Assembly: GCA_944391255.1 (NCBI GenBank)
Contig: CALXSW010000205.1
Span: 1 to 36,163 of the forward strand
DNA length: 36,163 nt
Direction of reading: 5' to 3'
Source: an uncultured Clostridia bacterium
GTDB lineage: Bacteria; Bacillota; Clostridia; UBA1381
Shown here: positions 25,680 through 34,494 of the stretch, piece after piece
How positions within the stretch are numbered: position 1 is the first letter of the stretch
How the letters are laid out: every line of letters begins with the position of its first letter
The notes under the pieces: model-generated
Database searches by the model: none
The model's input: only the letters and a program-made list of their open reading frames with translations
Told to the model about the DNA's origin: nothing
Position numbers and translations under genes: made by a program

Positions 25680-26243
25680 ATGAATGTGTTTGATTTCGAT
25701 AATACGATATATGACGGAGAAAGCTCGTTAGATTTTTTTGTGTTCTGCGTTAAGCGGAAACCGTCGCTCGCAAGACATCTCCCCGGAGTGATAGCCATGG
25801 CTGCGAAATACAAGAGCGGGATCGTGCCGGAAGAGGAGGTCATGGAGTTTTGCACTAAGATGCTTTTGTGTCTTATTCCGCACAAGAGCGAGCTTCAGAA
25901 AATGACAGATATGTTCTGGAAAAAGAACAGGAAAAAGCTTAAACCGGAGATCATGAATATTATTCATGACGGTGATGTTATAATAAGCGCCTCACCGTCA
26001 TTTATGTTTGACGATATACGAGGCGAGATGGGAAATGTCAGGATAATATCGACGGAAATAGAGCTTGAGAGCGGAAAAATAAAAGAGCTTTGCTATGGCG
26101 CGAATAAAGCGGAGATATTCAGCAGGGTATATCCGGAAGTCAGTCCCGATAATTTTTATACAGATAATATCAATGATATGCCGATGATACGGCTGTCTAA
26201 GCGCGCGTGGTTAGTGAAGGGCACTCGTTTGACTGAAATATAA
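25680..26243 (+). CDS. HAD-superfamily hydrolase (subfamily IB-like)
   Basis: N-terminal DxDxT motif (MNVFDFDNTIYDG) and late motif YTDNINDMP. ATG 25680 lies after the terminator. The ORF-track start at 25602 would read through that terminator. Confidence 0.75.
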   Translation: MNVFDFDNTIYDGESSLDFFVFCVKRKPSLARHLPGVIAMAAKYKSGIVPEEEVMEFCTKMLLCLIPHKSELQKMTDMFWKKNRKKLKPEIMNIIHDGDVIISASPSFMFDDIRGEMGNVRIISTEIELESGKIKELCYGANKAEIFSRVYPEVSPDNFYTDNINDMPMIRLSKRAWLVKGTRLTEI

Positions 26244-26329
26244 AAACAGTAAAAAAGCATATGATCCTTTTTTGGTTGTAATAGACAAAAAAAATATATA
26301 ACGGCAATTTCTTTAGGTGAAAAATCTCG

Positions 26330-26358
26330 TTGACAGACAAATTCAATTATGGTATAAT
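26330..26358 (+). promoter_or_regulatory. sigmaA-type promoter for hom-thrB-lysC
   Basis: TTGACA (26330-26335), 17-nt spacer, TGgTATAAT (extended -10, 26353-26358). The leader contains hairpin GCATGAAT-att-ATTCATGC (26390-26408). Confidence 0.65.
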
Positions 26359-26436
26359 TTATTCTATTAATTATAACTTTTTTTAAAATGCATGAATATT
26401 ATTCATGCCTGTGGTTCAGAGTGGAGGAAAAAAACG

Positions 26437-27639
26437 ATGGCAAAGGTTGCAATAATGGGTTACGGAACGGTCGGAAGCGGCGTTTACGACATTATCAAGA
26501 TGAACAGCGCAAAGCTTTCAGAGAGCGCCGGCGAGGCGTTGGAGCTTAAGTACATTCTTGATATCCGTGACTTTGACGATCATCCTGAAAAGCATCTGTT
26601 CACGAAAGATGTAAATGACATCATAAATGATGATGAGATCTCAGTTGTTGCCGAGGTTATGGGCGGGCTTCATCCGGCATATGAGTTCACAAAGCAGCTT
26701 CTCATGTCGGGAAAGAGCGTTGTAACATCAAATAAGGAACTTGTTGCGACATACGGCTCAGAGCTTCTTGCGATAGCTGAAGAAAAGAATGTTAACTATA
26801 TGTTTGAGGCAAGCGTAGGCGGAGGTATACCTGTAATAAGACCGCTCAACAGATGTCTTGGCGCAAACAATGTAAAGAGAATAGCCGGAATATTAAACGG
26901 TACTACAAACTATATACTTTATCAGATGATAAAGAACAAGAAGTCATTTGAAACAGCATTGGCTGACGCTCAGGCAAACGGATATGCTGAAAGAAATCCG
27001 GCCGCGGACGTGGAGGGACACGACGCGTGCAGAAAGATCGCGATCCTTTCTTCACTGGCTTCAGGCAAGGAGCTTGATTATAACAAGATATCAACAGAGG
27101 GTATAACAAACATTTCGCTTGAAGATGTAAATTATGCTGATTCGCTTGACAGCGTTATAAAGCTCATAGGCTATGCGGAATTTTTGGATAATGGAAAGAT
27201 ATATGCTCATGTAGCGCCTATGATGCTGCAGAAGAGCAATATGCTCGCCGGTATAAATGATGTGTTTAACGGCGTGCTTATAACTGGTGACTGTGTAGGC
27301 GATGTAATGTTCTATGGTCCGGGAGCCGGAAAGCTGCCGACAGCTTCAGCTGTTGTTGCTGATATGATCGACTCAGCTATACACAGATCAAGACGCGCTA
27401 TAATCGGTTGGAAGAAGACGGACGAGGATATAGCGGCGTCAACTGATGACAAAAAATTCAGATATTTTGTCAGAACAACGAGCGGCGGAGTATCGGATAT
27501 TTTCGGAAACGTAACCGCTGTAGAAAGCCTTGTTGAGGGTGAAAACGCATTTATCACAGAAGCTCTCACGGCTTCGGAGATGGCTCAAAAATCTCAGAAG
27601 CTTGGAAACATTATTTCATCTATCAGGGTATTTGATTGA
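26437..27639 (+). CDS. hom: homoserine dehydrogenase
   Basis: 400 aa. MAKVAIMGYGTVGSGV is a Rossmann motif. There is a C-terminal ACT-like region. RBS GGAGGA. Confidence 0.93.
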   Translation: MAKVAIMGYGTVGSGVYDIIKMNSAKLSESAGEALELKYILDIRDFDDHPEKHLFTKDVNDIINDDEISVVAEVMGGLHPAYEFTKQLLMSGKSVVTSNKELVATYGSELLAIAEEKNVNYMFEASVGGGIPVIRPLNRCLGANNVKRIAGILNGTTNYILYQMIKNKKSFETALADAQANGYAERNPAADVEGHDACRKIAILSSLASGKELDYNKISTEGITNISLEDVNYADSLDSVIKLIGYAEFLDNGKIYAHVAPMMLQKSNMLAGINDVFNGVLITGDCVGDVMFYGPGAGKLPTASAVVADMIDSAIHRSRRAIIGWKKTDEDIAASTDDKKFRYFVRTTSGGVSDIFGNVTAVESLVEGENAFITEALTASEMAQKSQKLGNIISSIRVFD

Positions 27640-28532
27640 TGATAGGTGTTAAGGTTCCTGCCACAAGCGCCAATATGGGAGCCGGCTTTGACACGCTTGG
27701 CATAGCGCTCAACCTCTATTCAAGGCTGGAGATTGAGGAACGTGAAAGCGGACTTGAGATCATAACGGTAAACGGAACCAATGTCGCGTCTGATAAGACA
27801 AATCTTGTATATCGCGCAATGGAAAAGGTTTTCAATGAGGCGGGATACACGCCAAAGGGACTGTATATAAAGCAGGATAGCGATATACCAATGACGAGAG
27901 GGTTAGGCTCGTCAAGCGCCTGCATAATAGGCGGAATGCTCGGAGCGAATGTGATATGTGATCATGCTCTCCCGTACAGCAAAATTATGGATATGGCTGC
28001 CATGATGGAAGGTCATCCTGACAACGTAGGTCCGGCTCTTTACGGAGGTTTCTGTATTTCCGTAAAAGACGGCGAGCATACGTATGTAAAGAGTATAAAG
28101 CTGCCGAACGATCTTTCTTTCGCGGTCATGATCCCTGATTTCTTCGTTGCGACAAAGAAATCAAGAGGTGTTCTTCCGGAAATGATAGAGATAAAGACGG
28201 CTGCGCACAATATAGCGCGCGCGTCGTTATTTCAGGCGGCGCTTACGACTGGGGATTACGATCTGCTAAAATGCGGAGTCGATGACAGAATGCATCAGCC
28301 GTATCGTAAAAATTATATAGACGGCTTTGATGAGATATTTGAAAAGACATATGAGCTTGGCGCTAAGGCGACATATCTTAGCGGTTCGGGGCCGACTATC
28401 GTTTCGATCCTTGAAGGGAACGGAAACAAATTCAAAAATGAGATGAGCGAATTTTTTGAGAATAATTCACATAAGTGGAAATGCGGTATTCTCGAATGCG
28501 ATAATGTCGGTTCAGTTGTGAAACTCGGCTGA
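27639..28532 (+). CDS. thrB: homoserine kinase
   Basis: GHMP kinase motif PMTRGLGSSSA. The start overlaps the hom stop (TGATG). Confidence 0.93.
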   Translation: MIGVKVPATSANMGAGFDTLGIALNLYSRLEIEERESGLEIITVNGTNVASDKTNLVYRAMEKVFNEAGYTPKGLYIKQDSDIPMTRGLGSSSACIIGGMLGANVICDHALPYSKIMDMAAMMEGHPDNVGPALYGGFCISVKDGEHTYVKSIKLPNDLSFAVMIPDFFVATKKSRGVLPEMIEIKTAAHNIARASLFQAALTTGDYDLLKCGVDDRMHQPYRKNYIDGFDEIFEKTYELGAKATYLSGSGPTIVSILEGNGNKFKNEMSEFFENNSHKWKCGILECDNVGSVVKLG

Positions 28533-28579
28533 TATATAGAATATTATTATAGTATATTTAAGGAAAGGAAATAGATATA

Positions 28580-29788
28580 ATGGGACTTATAGTTCAGAAG
28601 TACGGCGGTACATCGGTTAAGGATGCTGAAAGAGTAATGAACGTTGCAAGACGCATTACAGATGCTTATAAGGCTGGCAACAATGTAGTTGTGGCAGTAT
28701 CGGCGCAAGGTGACACTACAGATGATTTGATCGAAAAGGCAAAGGAAATAAACCCTAACGCGTCAAAGCGTGAGATGGATATGCTTCTTGCTACAGGCGA
28801 GCAGATCTCAATAGCACTTCTTGCAATGGCGATAGAAAAGATCGGCTGTCCGGTAATTTCTCTCACAGGCTGGCAGGCAGGCGTAAAGACTGACACAAAG
28901 TACTCAGCAGCAAGAATAAAGAATATCGACACAGAACGTATCCATAAGGAGCTTGACAGCAGAAGAATCGTTATAGTAGCAGGCTTCCAGGGGATCAACA
29001 AGTATGACGATATCACAACTCTCGGAAGAGGCGGTTCTGATACTTCAGCCGTAGCGCTCGCAGCAGCTCTTCACGCTGATGTCTGCGAAATATACACAGA
29101 CGTTGACGGTGTTTATACAACAGACCCGAGAATATGTAAGGAAGCTTATAAGCTGGACGATATTTCATATGATGAAATGCTTGAGCTCGCTTCACTCGGA
29201 GCAAACGTGCTTCATAACAGAAGCGTTGAAATGGCAAAGAAATACAATGTCAAGCTGTCGGTTCGTTCAAGCTTGAACAATAATGAAGGAACATATGTTA
29301 AGGAGGTTTCACAAGTGGAAAAGATGCTCGTTAGAGGTGTTACAAGAGATAATGACTGTGCAAGAATAGCTCTTTGCGGTGTTGAGGATACACCGGGTAA
29401 GGCATTCCAGGTATTTGAAATGCTTGCTAAGGCAGGTATCTGCGTTGACCTTATTATACAGTCTATAGGTGACGGAAAGTCAAAGGATATCAGCTTCACA
29501 GTTACAGAGGGCGAGCTTGACGCTGCTCTTAAGATCCTTGAGGAAAACGCGTCAATGATCAATGCAAGAGAGATCAAGTCAACAAAGGACGTTTCAAAGG
29601 TATCTATCGTAGGTGCTGGTATGGTAAACAATACAGGTGTTGCGGCTAAGATGTTTGAGGCTCTTTATGACGCTCAGATCAATATAAAGATGATCGCTAC
29701 ATCAGAGATCAAGATATCAGTTCTCGTTGCGAGAAACCAGGCTGAGGCAGCTGTAAACGCTATCCACAGCAAATTCCTGAGCAAATAA
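28580..29788 (+). CDS. lysC: aspartate kinase
   Basis: 402 aa with MGLIVQKYGGTSV, an amino-acid kinase fold, and two C-terminal ACT repeats. Confidence 0.94.
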   Translation: MGLIVQKYGGTSVKDAERVMNVARRITDAYKAGNNVVVAVSAQGDTTDDLIEKAKEINPNASKREMDMLLATGEQISIALLAMAIEKIGCPVISLTGWQAGVKTDTKYSAARIKNIDTERIHKELDSRRIVIVAGFQGINKYDDITTLGRGGSDTSAVALAAALHADVCEIYTDVDGVYTTDPRICKEAYKLDDISYDEMLELASLGANVLHNRSVEMAKKYNVKLSVRSSLNNNEGTYVKEVSQVEKMLVRGVTRDNDCARIALCGVEDTPGKAFQVFEMLAKAGICVDLIIQSIGDGKSKDISFTVTEGELDAALKILEENASMINAREIKSTKDVSKVSIVGAGMVNNTGVAAKMFEALYDAQINIKMIATSEIKISVLVARNQAEAAVNAIHSKFLSK

Positions 29789-29805
29789 TCAGATGTTTTG
29801 AAACA

Positions 29806-29850
29806 GGGCGGACAGGAGGAGTCAAAGCGAATCCCGTTTCGCCCGTTTTT
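29806..29850 (+). terminator. terminator after lysC
   Basis: GGGCG (29806-10) pairs with CGCCC (29840-44). An inner hairpin GCGAA/TTCGC is present. G+T5 follows. Confidence 0.6.
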
Positions 29851-29868
29851 GGATATACGGAGAAAAAA

Positions 29869-30600
29869 ATGGAAGATATAATTTTCGGACGAGGCCCTGT
29901 ATCTGAGGCGATAAATGCCGGCCATCCTATCGATAAGCTTATGATAAAAAGCGGAGCATATGCGCATTCGCTCATTCCTATCATAGACAAGGCGAAGAGC
30001 AGGGGCATAATAATACAGCAGGTGGATAATCAGAAGCTTGACCGTCTTTCGGAGGGCGGAAACCACCAGGGCGTAGTAGCGCTTGTGAGCGCGTATGAAT
30101 ACGTGTCGGTATCGGATATTTTAAAAAAAGCGGAGGAGAAAGGACAGCCTCCTTTTGTTATAATATGCGACAAGATAACTGATCCTCATAATCTCGGCGC
30201 AATAATAAGAACGGCGAACTGTGTCGGAGCGCATGGCGTTATAATACCGAAACGAAACGCGGCAGGTGTAAACTCGGTTGTTATGAAAACGTCGGCCGGC
30301 GCGCTTGAATATACTCCTGTTGCAAAGGTGACAAATATCGCGTCAACGATAGATGAGCTTAAAAAGTCGGGGTTGTGGATCACGGCGGCTGATATGGATG
30401 GTCAGCCTATGTATGATATAGACTTTAACGGCGCGGTCGGACTTGTTATCGGCAGCGAGGGAAACGGCATAAGCCGGCTTGTCAGGGAAAAATGCGACTT
30501 TGTTGCGTCGATCCCTATGAACGGAGAAATAAATTCATTGAACGCCTCTGTAGCAGCGTCGGTGCTTATGTATGAGGTGCTAAGACAGAGGATGAAATAA
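29869..30600 (+). CDS. rlmB: TrmH/SpoU-family 23S rRNA (Gm2251) 2'-O-methyltransferase
   Basis: 243 aa with motifs NLGAIIRTA, LVIGSEGNGIS and IPMNGEINSLNASVAA. Confidence 0.9.
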   Translation: MEDIIFGRGPVSEAINAGHPIDKLMIKSGAYAHSLIPIIDKAKSRGIIIQQVDNQKLDRLSEGGNHQGVVALVSAYEYVSVSDILKKAEEKGQPPFVIICDKITDPHNLGAIIRTANCVGAHGVIIPKRNAAGVNSVVMKTSAGALEYTPVAKVTNIASTIDELKKSGLWITAADMDGQPMYDIDFNGAVGLVIGSEGNGISRLVREKCDFVASIPMNGEINSLNASVAASVLMYEVLRQRMK

Positions 30601-30617
30601 CAGAAAGGAATATTATC

Positions 30618-30887
30618 ATGAAAGCTATAGTAACAGTAGTTGGTGAGGATAAAAAAGGCATAATCGCAAAAGTCAGCAATGTGCTTTATGAAAATGATGT
30701 AAATATAGTTGATATTTCGCAGACTATCATGCAGAATATGTTTACAATGATCATGATGGTTGAATTTAAGAGCGCTAACGTTTCAGTACAGCAGATAACT
30801 GAAAAGCTCAATGTTATCGCAGAGGAAATGGGACTTTCTATACATGTTCAGCGTGAAGAGATCTTCACATCTATGCACAGAATATGA
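30618..30887 (+). CDS. ACT-domain protein, UPF0237 family
   Basis: 89 aa: MKAIVTVVGEDKKGIIAKVSNVL. It sits directly upstream of the UPF0210 gene, which is the conserved pairing. Confidence 0.88.
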   Translation: MKAIVTVVGEDKKGIIAKVSNVLYENDVNIVDISQTIMQNMFTMIMMVEFKSANVSVQQITEKLNVIAEEMGLSIHVQREEIFTSMHRI

Positions 30888-30900
30888 GGAGGGATTATAA

Positions 30901-32268
30901 ATGATCAATCCTTTTGAGATAATTGAAACTATTGAAATGATCGACAAGGAAAACCTTGATATCAGAACGATAACAATGGGTATAAGCCTTAAGTCATGCG
31001 CCGGTCCTGATATAGAAACAAAGTGTAAAAAGGTATATGACAAGATAACGTCATACGCTAAGGATCTGGTTAAGACAGGCGAGGATATAGAGCAGCAGTT
31101 TGGTATTCCGATAATAAACAAGAGAATATCTGTAACGCCTATCGCGACTTTGGCTGACGCTCTTGACGAGCCTACAGTCGATAAATGCGTAAAGCTTGCA
31201 AAAACACTCGATGAAGCGGCAAAAGCTGTAGGAGTAAATTTCATCGGTGGTTTTTCAGCTCTTGTTCATAAGGGATATACAAACGGCGAAAGAGTGCTTA
31301 TAGAATCAATACCTCGTGCTTTGGCTGAAACAGATATCGTATGCTCAAGCGTCAGCGTAGGCTCTACTAAGGCGGGCATAAATATGGACGCTGTAAAGCA
31401 GATGGGTGAGATAGTAAAACAGGCGGCAGAGCTTACAAGCGACACTCAGGGTTTTGCGTGCGCAAAGCTCGTTGTGTTCTGCAATCCTGTTGAGGATAAT
31501 CCGTTTATGGCAGGCGCGTTCCTCGGTGACGGCGAGGGAGAGTGCGTTATAAATGTCGGCGTGTCCGGCCCGGGCGTTGTAAAATGCGCGCTTGAAAAGG
31601 TAAAAGGTCAGGATTTTGGAGTAGTTGCCGAAACGATAAAGAAGACGGCGTTTAAGATAACGAGAATGGGACAGCTCGTGGCGCAGAAAGCATCTGCAAG
31701 ACTTGGCGTGCCTTTCGGTATAGTCGATCTGTCTTTGGCTCCAACTCCGGCAGTGGGTGACTCGGTAGCTTATATACTTGAGGAGATGGGTCTTGAAAAG
31801 TGCGGAACGCACGGCACAACAGCGGCATTGGCGCTTTTGAATGACGCGGTAAAGAAAGGCGGAGTAATGGCTTCAAGCTATGTAGGCGGCTTGTCGGGCG
31901 CTTTTATCCCTGTTTCGGAGGATGCGGGGATGATAGAGGCTGCAAAGTGCGGCGCGCTTAGCCTTGAAAAGCTTGAGGCGATGACATGTGTATGCTCGGT
32001 TGGACTTGATATGATAGTTATACCGGGAGATACGAGCGCGGCTACCATATCGGCTATAATAGCTGATGAGGCGGCTATCGGAATGATAAATACGAAAACT
32101 ACAGCTGTAAGAATAATCCCGGCTCCGGGAGCAGTAGAGGGCGACGTTGTTGAATTCGGCGGATTGCTTGGAACAGGTCCTGTAATGCCTGTAAGCAAAT
32201 ACGGAAGTGATGAATTTATAGCGAGAGGCGGAAGAATACCGGCTCCTATAAACAGTCTGAAGAACTGA
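30901..32268 (+). CDS. UPF0210 (DUF711) family protein, function unknown
   Basis: 455 aa. The N-terminus ...[23 protein letters not shown] is typical of UPF0210. RBS GAGGAGGG. Confidence 0.88.
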   Translation: MINPFEIIETIEMIDKENLDIRTITMGISLKSCAGPDIETKCKKVYDKITSYAKDLVKTGEDIEQQFGIPIINKRISVTPIATLADALDEPTVDKCVKLAKTLDEAAKAVGVNFIGGFSALVHKGYTNGERVLIESIPRALAETDIVCSSVSVGSTKAGINMDAVKQMGEIVKQAAELTSDTQGFACAKLVVFCNPVEDNPFMAGAFLGDGEGECVINVGVSGPGVVKCALEKVKGQDFGVVAETIKKTAFKITRMGQLVAQKASARLGVPFGIVDLSLAPTPAVGDSVAYILEEMGLEKCGTHGTTAALALLNDAVKKGGVMASSYVGGLSGAFIPVSEDAGMIEAAKCGALSLEKLEAMTCVCSVGLDMIVIPGDTSAATISAIIADEAAIGMINTKTTAVRIIPAPGAVEGDVVEFGGLLGTGPVMPVSKYGSDEFIARGGRIPAPINSLKN

Positions 32269-32285
32269 TAATTCTCGATGTCTGC

Positions 32286-32347
32286 CAGCGTGTAGACAGG
32301 TTTGTCTACACGCTGAGGGCGCGCAAAAATGCGCGCCCTCTTTTTTT
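32286..32347 (+). terminator. tandem hairpins, the second a strong rho-independent terminator
   Basis: CAGCGTGTAGACA/TGTCTACACGCTG (32286-32315), then GAGGGCGCGC-aaaaat-GCGCGCCCTC followed by T7 (32315-32347). Confidence 0.88.
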
Positions 32348-32502
32348 GTACAAAATTACTATATGAAATTGTTATATAAGATTTACAAAATAAATAGTAC
32401 TGATTATACAATTCAAACAAAGAAACAGCGTAAAAATAAGGTTTTAGTGAATTATTGAACAAAAAAGTCTGTTTTTTTATGTATTATGTGCATAAAACCC
32501 CC

Positions 32503-32531
32503 TTGAAAAAATCATCAAAATGTACTATAAT
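32503..32531 (+). promoter_or_regulatory. sigmaA-type promoter for the sugar ABC transporter operon
   Basis: TTGAAA (32503-32508), 17-nt spacer, TATAAT (32526-32531). Confidence 0.55.
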
Positions 32532-32607
32532 ATTAAGTAACATATTATGCAATTTAACATATCAGCAGATGTTGGGTTGTAAATAGTAAAATTAGGGAGG
32601 TTTACTC

Positions 32608-33573
32608 ATGGCGAAAAACGCTCAGGTGGTTGTGGAACCAACTGCCAAGAAAAAAAACAAATGGGTACAGATCAGACGTGACAAGTGGATGTATCTTCTT
32701 CTTTTGCCTGGTTTTCTGTATTTCGTAATCTTTAAAATAGTTCCTTTATGGGGTATTTTTATTGCAATGAAGAACTATTATGCGGGTGTTCCGTTCTTTA
32801 AGGCAGAATGGGTTGGTCTTGCAAACTTTATCAAGTTCTTCAGTTCAAACCAGTTCCTGCAGCTGTTAAAAAACACGCTTATCATTTCGGGAATGAATAT
32901 TATATTCTTCTTCCCGCTGCCGATCATACTGGCGCTTTTGCTGAATGAAGTTCGTGTTCAGTGGTATAAGAAAGCATTGCAGACATTGGTATATGTACCA
33001 CACTTCGTATCAATGGTTGTCATCGCATCTATCACATTCATGCTTTTGAAGGAAGCATCATCGGAAACAACAACAGGCGGCGCTATCTATGAGATCACAA
33101 AGCAGCTCACCGGTACAGGCGAGCAATGGCTAAGCGGTAAGATAGCTATTTACTGGGTACTCTTGTTCCAGAATATCTGGAAGGAAACAGGTTGGGGTAC
33201 TATCATATTCCTCGCTGCTCTTGCCGGCGTTGATGTTGAACAGTACGAGGCAGCTATTGTGGACGGTGCATCAAGATTGCAGCAGCTCGTATATATCACA
33301 GTTCCTGCTATCATGTCTACAGTTGTTACAATGTTCATCCTTAGAATGGGAAGCGTTCTTGACACAGGATTTGAGCAGATCATCCTTATGCAGAACAGCT
33401 TGAACAAGTCATCAACAGAAACATTCGATACATATGTATATAACATCGGTAGAGTTGCCGGTAACTACGGTTATTCGACCGCGGTTGGTTTGTTTAAATC
33501 TGTAGTAAGTTTATGCTGTATACAGGCTGCGAACAGACTTGCTAAGCATGCCGGTCAGGCAGGATTATTCTAA
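32608..33573 (+). CDS. carbohydrate ABC transporter permease (LplB-like)
   Basis: 321 aa, multi-TM, with EAA-loop YEAAIVDGASRLQQLVYITVP. RBS GGGAGG. Confidence 0.9.
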   Translation: MAKNAQVVVEPTAKKKNKWVQIRRDKWMYLLLLPGFLYFVIFKIVPLWGIFIAMKNYYAGVPFFKAEWVGLANFIKFFSSNQFLQLLKNTLIISGMNIIFFFPLPIILALLLNEVRVQWYKKALQTLVYVPHFVSMVVIASITFMLLKEASSETTTGGAIYEITKQLTGTGEQWLSGKIAIYWVLLFQNIWKETGWGTIIFLAALAGVDVEQYEAAIVDGASRLQQLVYITVPAIMSTVVTMFILRMGSVLDTGFEQIILMQNSLNKSSTETFDTYVYNIGRVAGNYGYSTAVGLFKSVVSLCCIQAANRLAKHAGQAGLF

Positions 33574-33592
33574 TTAAGGAGGGAACATTATA

Positions 33593-34471
33593 ATGATTAG
33601 CATAAAGAGAAAAACTCTCGGTGATATTGTAATGGATCTGGTAGTATACGTCCTCCTTACAATACTTGCCGTTTTGATGGTTATTCCGTTTATTTACGTT
33701 ATAGCCGCTTCATTTGCGACAGAATCAGAAATTCTGTCAAGACCTATCTTCCTCATTCCGGAAGATCCTACGTTGGATGCGTATAAGCGAATATTCAATA
33801 TGGCAGATATGGGTGAAACAGTTCTGCGTTCATTGGGTATTTCAGTATGTGTAACATTTATTGGTACATTGATCAATTTGTTCTTCACAACTACAATGGC
33901 ATACGGTCTTTCACGTTCAACACTTATCGGTAAGAAGGCACTCCTTAACATGGTACTTTTCACCATGGTATTTGGCGGCGGTATGATCCCTACATTCTTG
34001 GTTGTTAAAGGTCTTGGAATGTACGACTCATATGCGGCTCTTATTCTTCCGGGCGCTATAAGTGCTTATAACATGCTTATCGTTCGTAACTTCTTTATGG
34101 AGCTTCCGGCAGGACTTGAAGAAGCGGCATCTATAGACGGATGTACAGATATCGGTATATTCGTAAAGATAGCTCTTCCGCTTTCACTGCCATGTCTTGC
34201 GACATTTGGTTTGTTCTATGCGGTTGGTCACTGGAACAACTACTTTGGCGCATTGCTGTATCTCGCAGATACAAAGAAGTATCCATTCCAGCTCGTATTG
34301 AGAAACATGGTAATGCAGACAAGTGAAACAAACGATACAGGTGAAGACCTTCCATCAGAAACATTGAAGATGGCGGTTATCGTTATCGGTACTGTTCCAA
34401 TCCTTATCGTATATCCGTTCCTTCAGAAGCACTTCGCAGCCGGCGTAATGGTTGGTGCTATCAAGGGTTAA
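33593..34471 (+). CDS. carbohydrate ABC transporter permease (LplC-like)
   Basis: 292 aa with EAA-loop EEAASIDGCTDIGIFVKIALP. RBS AAGGAGGG. Confidence 0.9.
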   Translation: MISIKRKTLGDIVMDLVVYVLLTILAVLMVIPFIYVIAASFATESEILSRPIFLIPEDPTLDAYKRIFNMADMGETVLRSLGISVCVTFIGTLINLFFTTTMAYGLSRSTLIGKKALLNMVLFTMVFGGGMIPTFLVVKGLGMYDSYAALILPGAISAYNMLIVRNFFMELPAGLEEAASIDGCTDIGIFVKIALPLSLPCLATFGLFYAVGHWNNYFGALLYLADTKKYPFQLVLRNMVMQTSETNDTGEDLPSETLKMAVIVIGTVPILIVYPFLQKHFAAGVMVGAIKG

Positions 34472-34494
34472 TTTGTTCAGGAGGATAAGTAAAA

